The translations under genes were made by a program, and so were the position numbers. The notes below the pieces were generated by a model that saw nothing but the letters and a program-made list of their open reading frames with translations, was not told the origin of the DNA and made no database searches. A stretch of 64,000 nt of DNA from Clostridiaceae bacterium. GTDB lineage: Bacteria; Bacillota; Clostridia; DUPQ01. This document shows positions 32,124-41,119 of this stretch, in pieces. How positions within the stretch are numbered: the stretch's first letter is position 1; the number at the start of each line of letters is the position of its first letter. The stretch lies in the NCBI GenBank assembly GCA_012838235.1, contig DUPQ01000070.1, forward strand, positions 13,454-77,453. The letters run 5' to 3'.

Positions 32124-32159
32124 TATTCTCCGATATAGTAAACATGTACAATCCTAAGA

Positions 32160-32183
32160 CAATCTCCTTGCGGAGGTTGTTTT
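32160..32183 (+). terminator. Rho-independent terminator of the feo operon
   Basis: CAATCTCC-TTGC-GGAGGTTG followed by TTTT. Confidence 0.6.
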
Positions 32184-32278
32184 AGTAAGAAAATTTTTTT
32201 ACTTTTAGATGATAATATGATAGTTTTAAGAAGTGAATATGCATGTTTAGGAGAAAGACATTAAAAATTATTGCAATG

Positions 32279-32320
32279 TAGGGAACATTATAGTAATATT
32301 TAATCATAAAATGTTCCCTA
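32279..32320 (+). promoter_or_regulatory. Perfect 11-bp inverted repeat flanking a -10-like TATAGTAAT, immediately upstream of the Fic-like gene RBS
   Basis: TAGGGAACATT-(20 nt)-AATGTTCCCTA, then TGGAGG and ATG at 32331. Confidence 0.45.
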
Positions 32321-32330
32321 TGGAGGCGTT

Positions 32331-33269
32331 ATGAACAATAACTATTCAAGTATACAAAATTTACTTCATCAAAAAGCGGATTGCCAGGCAAGACTGAATC
32401 TTTTACCTTATGACGGAAATCCCGAGATAAAAGAACGTGACGGAAGGAAGTATTTGTATGTACGCAAACGAGTGGGTTCAAGACTTTCCTCAACCTATGC
32501 GGGTATTTATTCCGATGAGCTGTATCAGCTTCTTGTTCGCAATGCCCGTGAAGCAAGGGAGATACGAAGAAATATCCGAAGACTGGACAAAGAGCTGGCG
32601 CTGCTCGGATATTCCGACAGAGGGCTTACACCTAAAGTTCAGCTTAATTTGGATTTTGCCAGAATAAACATTAAATCCAGTATCTTTGATCAGGCAATAC
32701 TTGAAGGGGTTGCAACAAGTTTTTCTCAGGTTGAGGATATAATTGAAGATAATACTGTCAGCGGTATGACTGCAAGCGATGTGCAAAAGATATTGAATCT
32801 GAAACATGCCTGGGAGTTTATTCTTGATAAGGATGTAATAGCTTATCCCTCGGATTATTCTATTCTTTGCCATATAGCCAAACTTGTTAATGAGGGATTC
32901 TTTCAGGATGGCGGACGTATTCGCGGTGTTCCTGTAACAATAGGGGGCTCAAACTATATTCCTCCCATGCCGATCGAATCGGTTGTTAAGGAAAATATAC
33001 AGGCTATATTGCAAGCGGATATACCGTCCGATGAAAAGGCAATAAAACTTTGTCTTTATTGCATGAAAGCACAGATATTCAATGACGGTAATAAAAGAGC
33101 GGCTATTATCTTTGCAAACCATTATCTCATATCCCAAGGCGGCGGAATTATTATAGTGCCGGAAAAGAATGTTCCCCAATTTAAGACATTACTTATTGCC
33201 TACTATGAAGACAGAGATAAAGGTGAGATTACCGAATTCATGAAAAAGCAGTGTATTAAAACCTTCTAA
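32331..33269 (+). CDS. Fic/Doc-family protein with His-less active-site motif
   Basis: 312 aa. GGRIRGVPVTIGGSNYIPP (Fic core) and QIFNDGNKRAAIIFANHYL where the canonical motif is H-x-F-x-(D/E)-(A/G)-N-(G/K)-R. Confidence 0.7.
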   Translation: MNNNYSSIQNLLHQKADCQARLNLLPYDGNPEIKERDGRKYLYVRKRVGSRLSSTYAGIYSDELYQLLVRNAREAREIRRNIRRLDKELALLGYSDRGLTPKVQLNLDFARINIKSSIFDQAILEGVATSFSQVEDIIEDNTVSGMTASDVQKILNLKHAWEFILDKDVIAYPSDYSILCHIAKLVNEGFFQDGGRIRGVPVTIGGSNYIPPMPIESVVKENIQAILQADIPSDEKAIKLCLYCMKAQIFNDGNKRAAIIFANHYLISQGGGIIIVPEKNVPQFKTLLIAYYEDRDKGEITEFMKKQCIKTF

Positions 33270-33366
33270 TCTTAAGCGGGCATTCTTAATTTAAAAGGTA
33301 TACAAAAACAACTTATATTCATGTCAGTGCAGAGTATGCATTTTTTATCACTTAAAGAATACCGAA

Positions 33367-33445
33367 ATGCAACGAATAGCATATATTTGCTTTAAAAGTG
33401 CAACGCAAATGCAACGAATAATTATTTGTTGCATATTTGTTGCAT
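33367..33445. repeat. Cluster of five ATGCAAC(G/A)A motifs (three direct, two inverted) in the promoter region of the downstream gene
   Basis: ATGCAACGAATA at 33367 and 33409, TGCAACGCAA at 33400, TTGTTGCAT at about 33426 and 33437. Confidence 0.5.
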
Positions 33446-33476
33446 TATTTATATAATACTTCATAGAAAGTGTCGC

Positions 33477-34394
33477 ATGAAAGAAGGTAAGATAATGGAA
33501 GGTTCCAATTTGTTTTATGATCAATTACTGTCCGGTGATGAGCAGCTTAGTTTTACATATCTTGAAAAGAAATTAAGGGAAATTATTAAAATTCCCGCCC
33601 TGGATAATGATATACTGCGTTCTTTAGGTTTTTATACAAAAGATATGAAGTATAACAATGCAGCTTCAATATTTGCAGATAAGAATAATATGTTCGGTGT
33701 GGATATCGTCCGTTTCGGCAATTCAATTAATGAGATTCTTGACAGAGAAACAATTTATAAAAACTGCATTCTGGAACAGTATGACAGAGCATTGGTATTG
33801 TACAGAAAATATTATCAATATGAAGTGATTGAGGGAGCATTACGTGAAAGACGTGAACGACTTCCCGAATCCGCATTCAGGGAAGCACTTGCAAATGCTT
33901 TGGTACACAGAGATTTTGATGTAAATGCACATATAAGGATAGCAATGTTTAAGAATAAAATAGAGATTTCTTCCCCCGGAGGTCTTCCTTCTTCAATTAA
34001 AAAGGAAGATTATCTGAACGGCACTATCTCTGTTTTAAAGAATCCTATAATTGGTAATATCTTTTTCAGATTGGATTTAATTGAAACTCTGGGAACGGGA
34101 ATAAGGCGCATAAACCAGGCATACAGAGATTATGATATAAAGCCGGATTATATGATATTTGATACCAGTATTACGGTTGAACTTCCGACAACTACCGTAG
34201 AGTACGAGATTACCGGCGAAGAATCGGATATTGTTGATGCTCTGAGAGGCGGTAGGATTTTAACATGTAGCGAAATCACGGATAAGACGGGGTATAATAA
34301 AAGCAAGGTTCTGAGGTTAATGAAAAATTTAACCGATAAGAAATATGTCTCCGTTATCGGTGGCGGAAGAAGTACAAAGTATAAACTGAGATAA
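33477..34394 (+). CDS. HATPase_c_4-type putative transcriptional regulator with C-terminal wHTH (AlbA_2-family relative lacking the N-terminal AlbA_2 domain)
   Basis: The track ORF starts at TTG 33426; ATG 33477 or 33495 is more likely. LPESAFREALANALVHRDFDVNAHIRIAMFKNKIEISSPGGLP and LGTGIRRINQAY. C-terminal wHTH-like LTCSEITDKTGYNKSKVLRLMKNLTDKKYV. Confidence 0.7.
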   Translation: MKEGKIMEGSNLFYDQLLSGDEQLSFTYLEKKLREIIKIPALDNDILRSLGFYTKDMKYNNAASIFADKNNMFGVDIVRFGNSINEILDRETIYKNCILEQYDRALVLYRKYYQYEVIEGALRERRERLPESAFREALANALVHRDFDVNAHIRIAMFKNKIEISSPGGLPSSIKKEDYLNGTISVLKNPIIGNIFFRLDLIETLGTGIRRINQAYRDYDIKPDYMIFDTSITVELPTTTVEYEITGEESDIVDALRGGRILTCSEITDKTGYNKSKVLRLMKNLTDKKYVSVIGGGRSTKYKLR

Positions 34395-34414
34395 GTATTT
34401 AAAAGGATGATAAT

Positions 34415-34448
34415 AAAAAGACAGCCTCTTTTGAAAGGCTGTCTTTTC
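34415..34448. terminator. Bidirectional rho-independent terminator
   Basis: AAAAAGACAGCC-TCTTTTGAA-AGGCTGTCTTTT between convergent genes. Confidence 0.7.
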
Positions 34449-34480
34449 GAGAAGTATGAGATTGCTTTTTAAGCAGACAA

Positions 34481-36019
34481 TCATTTACCCAATCCGAACA
34501 GATTTAAGAAGCGCTGCCAGAAGGTAATTTTAGCCTGTCCGTTAGTAGGTGTTTTGGCTTCTTTTTCCAATTCTATTGCTTTGGTCTTTATTATAAACTG
34601 AACCGATTCTACCGATTTATTCTTGTCGGAGACATAAGATTTCACTATATCCGCATCTCCGAATATCTCGTCTATCATATTGTCTATTTCTTTTCTTATC
34701 TTGGAATCCAGTCCCATGGTTTCGTAATGCAAGGTTCTTACACCGTCTCTGTACTTAAGGAGACCTTCCTTCAACTCGACCGAAGCACTCTGGAGGGTGG
34801 CTGCCGATTCGGTGAGAGTATCCGCATATTGTTTTATTGTAGCCGCCGATGTGTTTATTTTGCATATTCCGTTTTTAAGTTCCGTTGCGGCCTGACTTAC
34901 TTGAGTAACCGATCCGGTGTACATATCCATTCCGGCTTTCAGTTGTATAACACCGTCCAGTTCGGCTTTTAAAGGTGCCAGTTCCGGTACATTCTCCAGT
35001 ATTGCGGCATAGTTCTGCTCGTTAAGTTCGGGAAGAGGTAAACCCATCTGCTGTATCGTGCCGTTTGCCGTCTGGAATGTTTTAAGTACGATACCGTGTA
35101 TAGCCTGTGCTAAAGGTGCTCCCTGTCGGCTTAATGCATCCAGCCCGCCTGCCAGTTGCGATGCTCCCTGATATACCTGACTGATACCCTGTGATAACTG
35201 TGCTATACCGTCTCTGAAGCTTGCCTGTGCCTCCGTGTACTGTGTTAAACCCGATACATATTCTTCGAAACCGTCGGTAAGTTCCTCAGCTCCGTCATCT
35301 AATTTCTTTATGGCATCGGTAAGCTCGTTGAATCTTTCGGTTATGGAATGGGTATCCACCGGCATATCCATAATCATTCTTACACCGCCGAAGGTAACGG
35401 AATCCAATTCAAAGTTCTTTGCGTCGGCTTTAATATTAATGTCGGCATTTTTGCCGGGCAGTACCGTATAGGTTATCTGTTTGTACATACCGGCTGTGGC
35501 AATAACGCCGTTCTGTGTCTGTATATCGCTGAATATTCTTTCGTCCAACTTTACAGTTATTGATAACGTGTAATTGCTGTAAAAGAACTTATCGCTTTTT
35601 GTATCGGGCTTCACCGATATCCTTATTTCCGCTTTTCCGCTCTTTCCGACTATTTCGTCTGCTTTAAGCTCTTTACCGTCCATCAGATACTTAACCTCTA
35701 TTATCCAGGGTAAGTTTTTGGTATCCAATGTACCCTGATAATGCAGTTTTTGTGCTTTGGAATCTATTGTTATCAAGTCGTCTTGCACGGTTACTTTATC
35801 GTTTGTGGTTAAGTTCTTAACCGAATCGTATGTACCGTAATCGGTAATGCTTCCCTGATTAAAGGAATTAATAACATAAACTTGTTGAATTTGTCCGTAT
35901 TCGTCCAGTATGCCGTAAATTACTTCTTCTTTTTTTGAAGATTCCGGTGCTGCCGATACCGGTAATATCGAAGCCGCTAAAAGGGCTATTATAAGAAGGA
36001 TACTAATCAGTTTTTTCAT
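34481..36019 (-). CDS. Secreted YhgE/Pip-N-terminal-like protein with x-x-x-Leu-x-x-Gly heptad repeats
   Basis: 512 aa. Signal peptide MKKLISILLIIALLAASILPVSAA. Repeats LTDGFEEYVSGLTQY...GIAQLSQGISQVYQGASQLAGGLDAL. Overlaps the upstream MMPL gene stop. Confidence 0.7.
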   Translation of the reverse strand: MKKLISILLIIALLAASILPVSAAPESSKKEEVIYGILDEYGQIQQVYVINSFNQGSITDYGTYDSVKNLTTNDKVTVQDDLITIDSKAQKLHYQGTLDTKNLPWIIEVKYLMDGKELKADEIVGKSGKAEIRISVKPDTKSDKFFYSNYTLSITVKLDERIFSDIQTQNGVIATAGMYKQITYTVLPGKNADINIKADAKNFELDSVTFGGVRMIMDMPVDTHSITERFNELTDAIKKLDDGAEELTDGFEEYVSGLTQYTEAQASFRDGIAQLSQGISQVYQGASQLAGGLDALSRQGAPLAQAIHGIVLKTFQTANGTIQQMGLPLPELNEQNYAAILENVPELAPLKAELDGVIQLKAGMDMYTGSVTQVSQAATELKNGICKINTSAATIKQYADTLTESAATLQSASVELKEGLLKYRDGVRTLHYETMGLDSKIRKEIDNMIDEIFGDADIVKSYVSDKNKSVESVQFIIKTKAIELEKEAKTPTNGQAKITFWQRFLNLFGLGK

Positions 36020-38097
36020 TTAATGTCACCTCCTGTTTTTTTACTTAAATGAAATCCGTTTTTATAGGTTGTTTTTCTTATTACTTTATCAAACAGTATC
36101 AACAGAGCGGGAAGTACCGTGGATACCATTACAAAGGACAATATAGTTCCTCTTGCAAGCAAGCCTCCGAGCTCCCTTACAATAGGATTGGATGATGTCA
36201 GTGTCAGTGCAAATCCGGCAGAGGCCAGTATACCCGCCGATATCATTACCGCAACTATATTGTTTGCCAGTGTCTTGGCCATAGCCTCTTTTGCGGGTAG
36301 CAAGGTACGATTGTGCATATACCTGTCGGTGATAAGTATCGCATAGTCAATGGTAGCTCCCAGCTGCACGGTATTAATTACAAGGTAACCTATATAGTTT
36401 AAAGAGCTGCCTTGGAAATATGTGAATGCCAGGTTTATCCATATTGCCGCCTCAATGGTAAAGACCAATATAAAGGGCAGGGATAACGATTTGAAAGATA
36501 TAAGTATGACAAGGAATATGCCCAATACCGCAATGAGTGTGACAAGGGTATTGTCAGCCGTTATTGAATCCTTTATGTCATACACCGATGCACTTTCTCC
36601 CACTAAGTAGACCTCGTCGTAATACTGCTCTGCGGTAGCGCGAATCTTCTCTATGGCTGCAAAAGTTTCTTTACTTTCTATTTCATAGTCGGTATACAGT
36701 ATTATTCTGGAATAGTTTTCCGAATTGAACATACTGTCCTGTCCTTCCACAAAACCTTCCGGAATAGCCGGGCCTATATAGCTTGCGTAGGAAATTACAG
36801 CAGAAATTCCCTCGATATCCTCCAGTTCATTACTCAGCATATTCAACGAACCGTTACCGCCTTTAGGAACTATTATCGCCATCTGATTAATCTTTCCGAA
36901 TTGCTCCTCTATAGCCAATTTGTCCTCTTCCGCTCTGGATGCCTTTATACCGGCGCCGGAGCCGTATTCAAATGGAATCTTATCCTTTGCAAGAAAACAG
37001 GGGATAATAACCAAAATGGATATTATTAAAAGAGGTATTCTCAGCTTCATCAGCCACTGTCCCACCCTCTTTAAATCCATACGGACGGTTTTGTGTTGTG
37101 TCTTATCCATTATGCGCACGAAAGAAAGAGCCAGTGCGGGCAGGAATATCATTACACTTATAAAGCTCAACGCAACCCCCTTAACTAAGTTGATACCCAA
37201 ATCCGCACCTATCTGGAATCTCATGAATAACAAAGCCAAAAAACCGATAACCGTGGTGGCTGCACTGGCAGCTACCGAAGTAAAGGATTTCTTTATTGCG
37301 CGTTTCATAGCTTCTTCCGGTTCATACTGTTCCCGGTATTCTTTAAAGCTGTGCATTAAAAATATTGCATAGTCCAGTGAGACCGCCATCTGCAAAATGG
37401 GACTGACGGTGTAAGTAATAAAGGAAATGTCGTCAAATAACAGATTGGTGCCCATGTTAATCAATATTGCGACACCCAATGCCGCAAGATAGAGCAGAGG
37501 CTCTATATATGACGATGTGGTCAGAAGTAAAACAATGATAATGAGAGGAACCAGTATGAGCAGCGACCTCAATGTTTCGGTAGCCGAAAGCTTTTGTACA
37601 ACCGCTTTACTAACCGAAGAGCCCGATGCCGCATTTTCTTCTCCTATCAACTCATATATACCGTCTACCGCTTCCACCTCGAAACCGGGAGCTATGGAAA
37701 CGGAAAACAGGGCATTGCCGTTTTTGTAGTATGCTTCCGTTACCGAACTGTCCAGAAACTCCAAAGGTGTGGAATGTAAGATATCCTGTCCTATCACATC
37801 ATCCAGCCATGTAACCGCAGTGACACCGGATATATTTTCCAAATCCTCTTTATACTCCAACGCCTGATGAACCGATACATTCCTTACCATAATACTTGCA
37901 GTAGGGAAGTCCTCATCAAATTCTTTTTCCATTAAACTCATACCTTCGGTGGAATTACTGTCCTTGGGAAGATAGTCTTCCAGATTATAGTTTACCGGGA
38001 CACCCATCGCCATTACCCCGCATAACACCGCAAGAGTAATGAATATGATTATTATGAGTTTTCTTCGTTTAACAATACCGCTTGTAAATTTTTCCAT
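36016..38097 (-). CDS. MMPL/RND-superfamily membrane transporter
   Basis: The track ORF starts at 38121; the second ATG (MEKFTSGIVKRRK, 38097) follows GGAAGGAG. Two sets of about six TM helices separated by large extracytoplasmic loops. Confidence 0.85.
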   Translation of the reverse strand: MEKFTSGIVKRRKLIIIIFITLAVLCGVMAMGVPVNYNLEDYLPKDSNSTEGMSLMEKEFDEDFPTASIMVRNVSVHQALEYKEDLENISGVTAVTWLDDVIGQDILHSTPLEFLDSSVTEAYYKNGNALFSVSIAPGFEVEAVDGIYELIGEENAASGSSVSKAVVQKLSATETLRSLLILVPLIIIVLLLTTSSYIEPLLYLAALGVAILINMGTNLLFDDISFITYTVSPILQMAVSLDYAIFLMHSFKEYREQYEPEEAMKRAIKKSFTSVAASAATTVIGFLALLFMRFQIGADLGINLVKGVALSFISVMIFLPALALSFVRIMDKTQHKTVRMDLKRVGQWLMKLRIPLLIISILVIIPCFLAKDKIPFEYGSGAGIKASRAEEDKLAIEEQFGKINQMAIIVPKGGNGSLNMLSNELEDIEGISAVISYASYIGPAIPEGFVEGQDSMFNSENYSRIILYTDYEIESKETFAAIEKIRATAEQYYDEVYLVGESASVYDIKDSITADNTLVTLIAVLGIFLVILISFKSLSLPFILVFTIEAAIWINLAFTYFQGSSLNYIGYLVINTVQLGATIDYAILITDRYMHNRTLLPAKEAMAKTLANNIVAVMISAGILASAGFALTLTSSNPIVRELGGLLARGTILSFVMVSTVLPALLILFDKVIRKTTYKNGFHLSKKTGGDIK

Positions 38098-38123
38098 AAC
38101 ACTCCTTCCAATAAACAACATTG

Positions 38124-38210
38124 TGTTGACAAATCACCACTGTTATAGGATAATATCATTGGGTTGATAAGTCAACAGACAGATGTTTAATAAATGTTTG
38201 TTGACAAACA
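38124..38210. promoter_or_regulatory. Divergent MMPL/TetR control region with repeated TGTTGACAAA and two palindromes
   Basis: TGTTGACAAA at 38124 and 38199. TTGACA-17-GATAAT (38126-38154). Palindromes GTTGA-TAAG-TCAAC (38163-38176) and TGTTTG-TTGA-CAAACA (38195-38210). Confidence 0.5.
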
Positions 38211-38257
38211 GAAAAGAGGGAAATGTGGTTTATCAGACAAAAACGGGGGAGATGATT

Positions 38258-38830
38258 ATGAAGAAGCAAAAGAAAGAAGACAGAAGGGTGAAGTACACCA
38301 AAATGGTGTTAAAGGAAAGTCTTATTGACCTTTTATCACAGAAGGATATATCGGCAATCACCATTAAAGAGATATGCGAAGAGGCGGACGTAAACAGAAC
38401 GACATTTTATGCTCATTACGCCGATCAGTATGATTTGTTGCGACAGATTGAAGATGAGTTACTGCAAAATCTGAAGGCATATATAACGGTATTCAAACAG
38501 AAAAAAGCCGATGCCATATTTGTGGATATTCTGGAAGAAATGTTTGAATACATAAAGGCCAATGCGAAACTGTGTAAACTGCTGTTATCCAAAGAGGGCA
38601 ATCTGGACTTCCAGAAACGTATTATGATGCTGGTATACGATACCAATCTTGTGGCAAAACCCAATGAGACTCTGAAAAAGGGAGAAGAGGAATATGTATA
38701 CTCCTTTGTCATAACGGGGTGTGTGGGAGTTATACATAAGTGGCTGGAAGAGGGAATGAAACACTCATCCCGTATAATGGCGGGAATGATTATCAATTCG
38801 GTAAAGAATCTGCCTGTGACATTTGAGTAA
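38258..38830 (+). CDS. TetR/AcrR-family transcriptional regulator
   Basis: The track ORF starts at 38183; ATG 38252/38258 follows GGGGGAG. TKMVLKESLIDLLSQKDISAITIKEICEEADVNRTTFYAHY. Confidence 0.85.
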   Translation: MKKQKKEDRRVKYTKMVLKESLIDLLSQKDISAITIKEICEEADVNRTTFYAHYADQYDLLRQIEDELLQNLKAYITVFKQKKADAIFVDILEEMFEYIKANAKLCKLLLSKEGNLDFQKRIMMLVYDTNLVAKPNETLKKGEEEYVYSFVITGCVGVIHKWLEEGMKHSSRIMAGMIINSVKNLPVTFE

Positions 38831-38861
38831 ATGAGTCACAAAACTTTTCAGCTGAAGGCGG

Positions 38862-39575
38862 CTATTTTTTCCTTATGTATATAAGCTTGATATTATTCAG
38901 GTTTACGGACTTTATGTCGAATTTTTTCAGCGACGACACAAACGGCGTGAGTTTGCTGAATCCGTAGTTTCGTACATCAAAATCGGGAAACATTTTGGAC
39001 AGTATATTGCCCACATCGCTTAACGGGCTCCAACCGTCATCATCGGATATATCATCGGCTATTGTTTCAATAGCTTTTATTACCTTCTCCAGAGGAGTAA
39101 TGGAATCCTCCATGTCTTTTTGCTTGTTATTGTTCTCTTCCTGACCCAGTATCTCCAAGTATTTGAATTGGTTGCAGGATGCTATGAAGGGGGCGGGGGT
39201 TTTCTTTTCTCCCATACCTACAACATATTTACCCGCTTCACGAAGCCTGGTTGCCAGTCTTGTAAAGTCCGAATCGGAAGAAACTATACAGAATCCTTCA
39301 ACATTATCGTCATACAGTATATCCATGGCATCTATAATCATTGCCGAATCGGTGGCATTTTTACCTGTCGTATATCCGTACTGCTGTATAGGTGTAATGG
39401 AATAGTCTAAGAGTATTTTTTTCCAGGAACTCAGTTCCGGTCTGGTCCAGTCTCCGTATATCCTTTTATAGGTTATCGTTCCCGATCTTGCCAGTTCATC
39501 GAATATATATTTTATATATTTTTCCGATACATTCTCGGCATCTATAAGTACTGCAAATCGCTTATCTTCATTCAT
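38862..39575 (-). CDS. NYN-domain (LabA-like) protein with C-terminal OST-HTH/LOTUS-like domain
   Basis: 237 aa. FAVLIDAENV...YGDW...IVSSDSDFTRLATRLREAGKYVVGMG. Confidence 0.8.
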   Translation of the reverse strand: MNEDKRFAVLIDAENVSEKYIKYIFDELARSGTITYKRIYGDWTRPELSSWKKILLDYSITPIQQYGYTTGKNATDSAMIIDAMDILYDDNVEGFCIVSSDSDFTRLATRLREAGKYVVGMGEKKTPAPFIASCNQFKYLEILGQEENNNKQKDMEDSITPLEKVIKAIETIADDISDDDGWSPLSDVGNILSKMFPDFDVRNYGFSKLTPFVSSLKKFDIKSVNLNNIKLIYIRKK

Positions 39576-39622
39576 ATTTTTTTACCTCATTATATATAAT
39601 ATCATAACATCCGTTTTTTCCG

Positions 39623-39916
39623 TTATTTGTGTCTTGATTGGGTTATTTCCTCTTTGTATATCTTATCTCTGTGTCCTATATCGATAAGTACCAGTATAAG
39701 TATATTATCCCGTATATCCGCTAAAATACGATACTTACCTACTCGGTACCTCCAATAACCGGTTTTTTCCGATGTAAGTCCTTTGCCGTGTATGCGGGGA
39801 TTTTCACAATTAACCAGGTTTTTATCAATCCAGGATTGGATAATCTTTTGTGTCTGTCTGTCAAGCTTTTTGAAAGCTTTATCGAATTTCTCAGTAGTGA
39901 TTATACTGTAAGTCAT
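39623..39916 (-). CDS. relE: RelE/ParE-family toxin
   Basis: The track ORF starts at 39934. ATG 39916 (MTYSIITTEKF) forms an ATGA overlap with the antitoxin stop. YWRYRVGKYRILADIRDNILILVLIDIGHRDKIY. Confidence 0.85.
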   Translation of the reverse strand: MTYSIITTEKFDKAFKKLDRQTQKIIQSWIDKNLVNCENPRIHGKGLTSEKTGYWRYRVGKYRILADIRDNILILVLIDIGHRDKIYKEEITQSRHK

Positions 39917-40137
39917 AATTGCAACTCTTCCCAAAGCTTATTAACAGGTCGAGTTTTCAATTTACCTTCCGATTTCTCTTTTTCGTATTCGGCAAATACC
40001 TGCATATCAAATTGGTCTTCAATATGCTCCATCATGACATTTCTGACAACTTCCGATAAACTCTTGCCATTTATTTTTGCATAAGCTTTCAGAATGTCAA
40101 GTTCCTCATCGGTTATCCGCAAACTGATGGTTGCCAT
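39913..40137 (-). CDS. Ribbon-helix-helix antitoxin
   Basis: 74 aa. MATISLRITDEELDILKAYAKINGKSLSEVVRNVM. Confidence 0.8.
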   Translation of the reverse strand: MATISLRITDEELDILKAYAKINGKSLSEVVRNVMMEHIEDQFDMQVFAEYEKEKSEGKLKTRPVNKLWEELQL

Positions 40138-40198
40138 AATGCACCTCCTCGTGTCCGGGTTTATTGTAATACGATTGTATTACATGTATGTCCCTTTG

Positions 40199-41119
40199 TC
40201 AACAACTACCGATAGCATCTTTCATCAGCAGTACCATTATTGCCTTTTGTGCATGAATACGGTTTTCCGCCTGCTCGAATATTTCCTTTGCATGTTGTTC
40301 AAATACCTCTTCGGTTATTTCCTGCTCCCTGTGAGCGGGAAGGCAGTGTAATACTATGGCATCGGGTTTGGCAGAAGCTGTTACTTTACGGTTTATCTGA
40401 TATCCTTTGAATGCTTCCGTTCTTATCTGTACTTCCTTTTCATGACCCATGGATGCCCAGACATCGGTATACAATACATCGGCATCTTTTGCGGCTTCAA
40501 AAACATCGGTTGTACATAAAAAGTCGGGATTCGGTGCTGCCCATTGCATTACTGTATTGTGCGGCTCATAACCTTCAGGGCAGGCTACACTAATTCTCAT
40601 TCCCGTCTTCAAAGCGCCCGCTATCAAAGAGTTGGCCATATTGTTGCCGTCTCCTATATAGCACATTTTAAGTCCGGCAAGTGTTCCTTTATACTCCCTT
40701 ATTGTCATAAGGTCAGCCAACACCTGGCAGGGATGTTCAAAATCCGTAAGTCCGTTAATTACCGGTATGGTTGCATATTTTGCAAGCTTTTCCACTTCTT
40801 CCTGTGCGAAAGTTCTAATCATTATACAGTCAAGGTATCTCGACAGTACTCTTGCGGTATCCTGTATAGGTTCGCCTCTTCCTATCTGAAGGTCATTGCT
40901 GCTTAAAAACAGAGCATGTCCTCCCAATTCATACATGCCTGCTTCAAAAGATACCCTTGTTCTCGTGGAGGATTTTTCAAATATCATACCGAGTTTTTTG
41001 CCTTCCAAGTATTTTTTGTTAAGGTTATTCTTTCTTTCATATTTAAGCTGGTCGGCCAGATTCAATATCTTTGTTATTTCCTCTTTGCCAAGATCCATAA
41101 GTTTCAACAGATGTTTCAT
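40199..41119 (-). CDS. argF: Ornithine carbamoyltransferase
   Basis: 306 aa. STRTRVSFE, HPCQVLADL, HCLPAHR. Confidence 0.95.
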   Translation of the reverse strand: MKHLLKLMDLGKEEITKILNLADQLKYERKNNLNKKYLEGKKLGMIFEKSSTRTRVSFEAGMYELGGHALFLSSNDLQIGRGEPIQDTARVLSRYLDCIMIRTFAQEEVEKLAKYATIPVINGLTDFEHPCQVLADLMTIREYKGTLAGLKMCYIGDGNNMANSLIAGALKTGMRISVACPEGYEPHNTVMQWAAPNPDFLCTTDVFEAAKDADVLYTDVWASMGHEKEVQIRTEAFKGYQINRKVTASAKPDAIVLHCLPAHREQEITEEVFEQHAKEIFEQAENRIHAQKAIMVLLMKDAIGSC

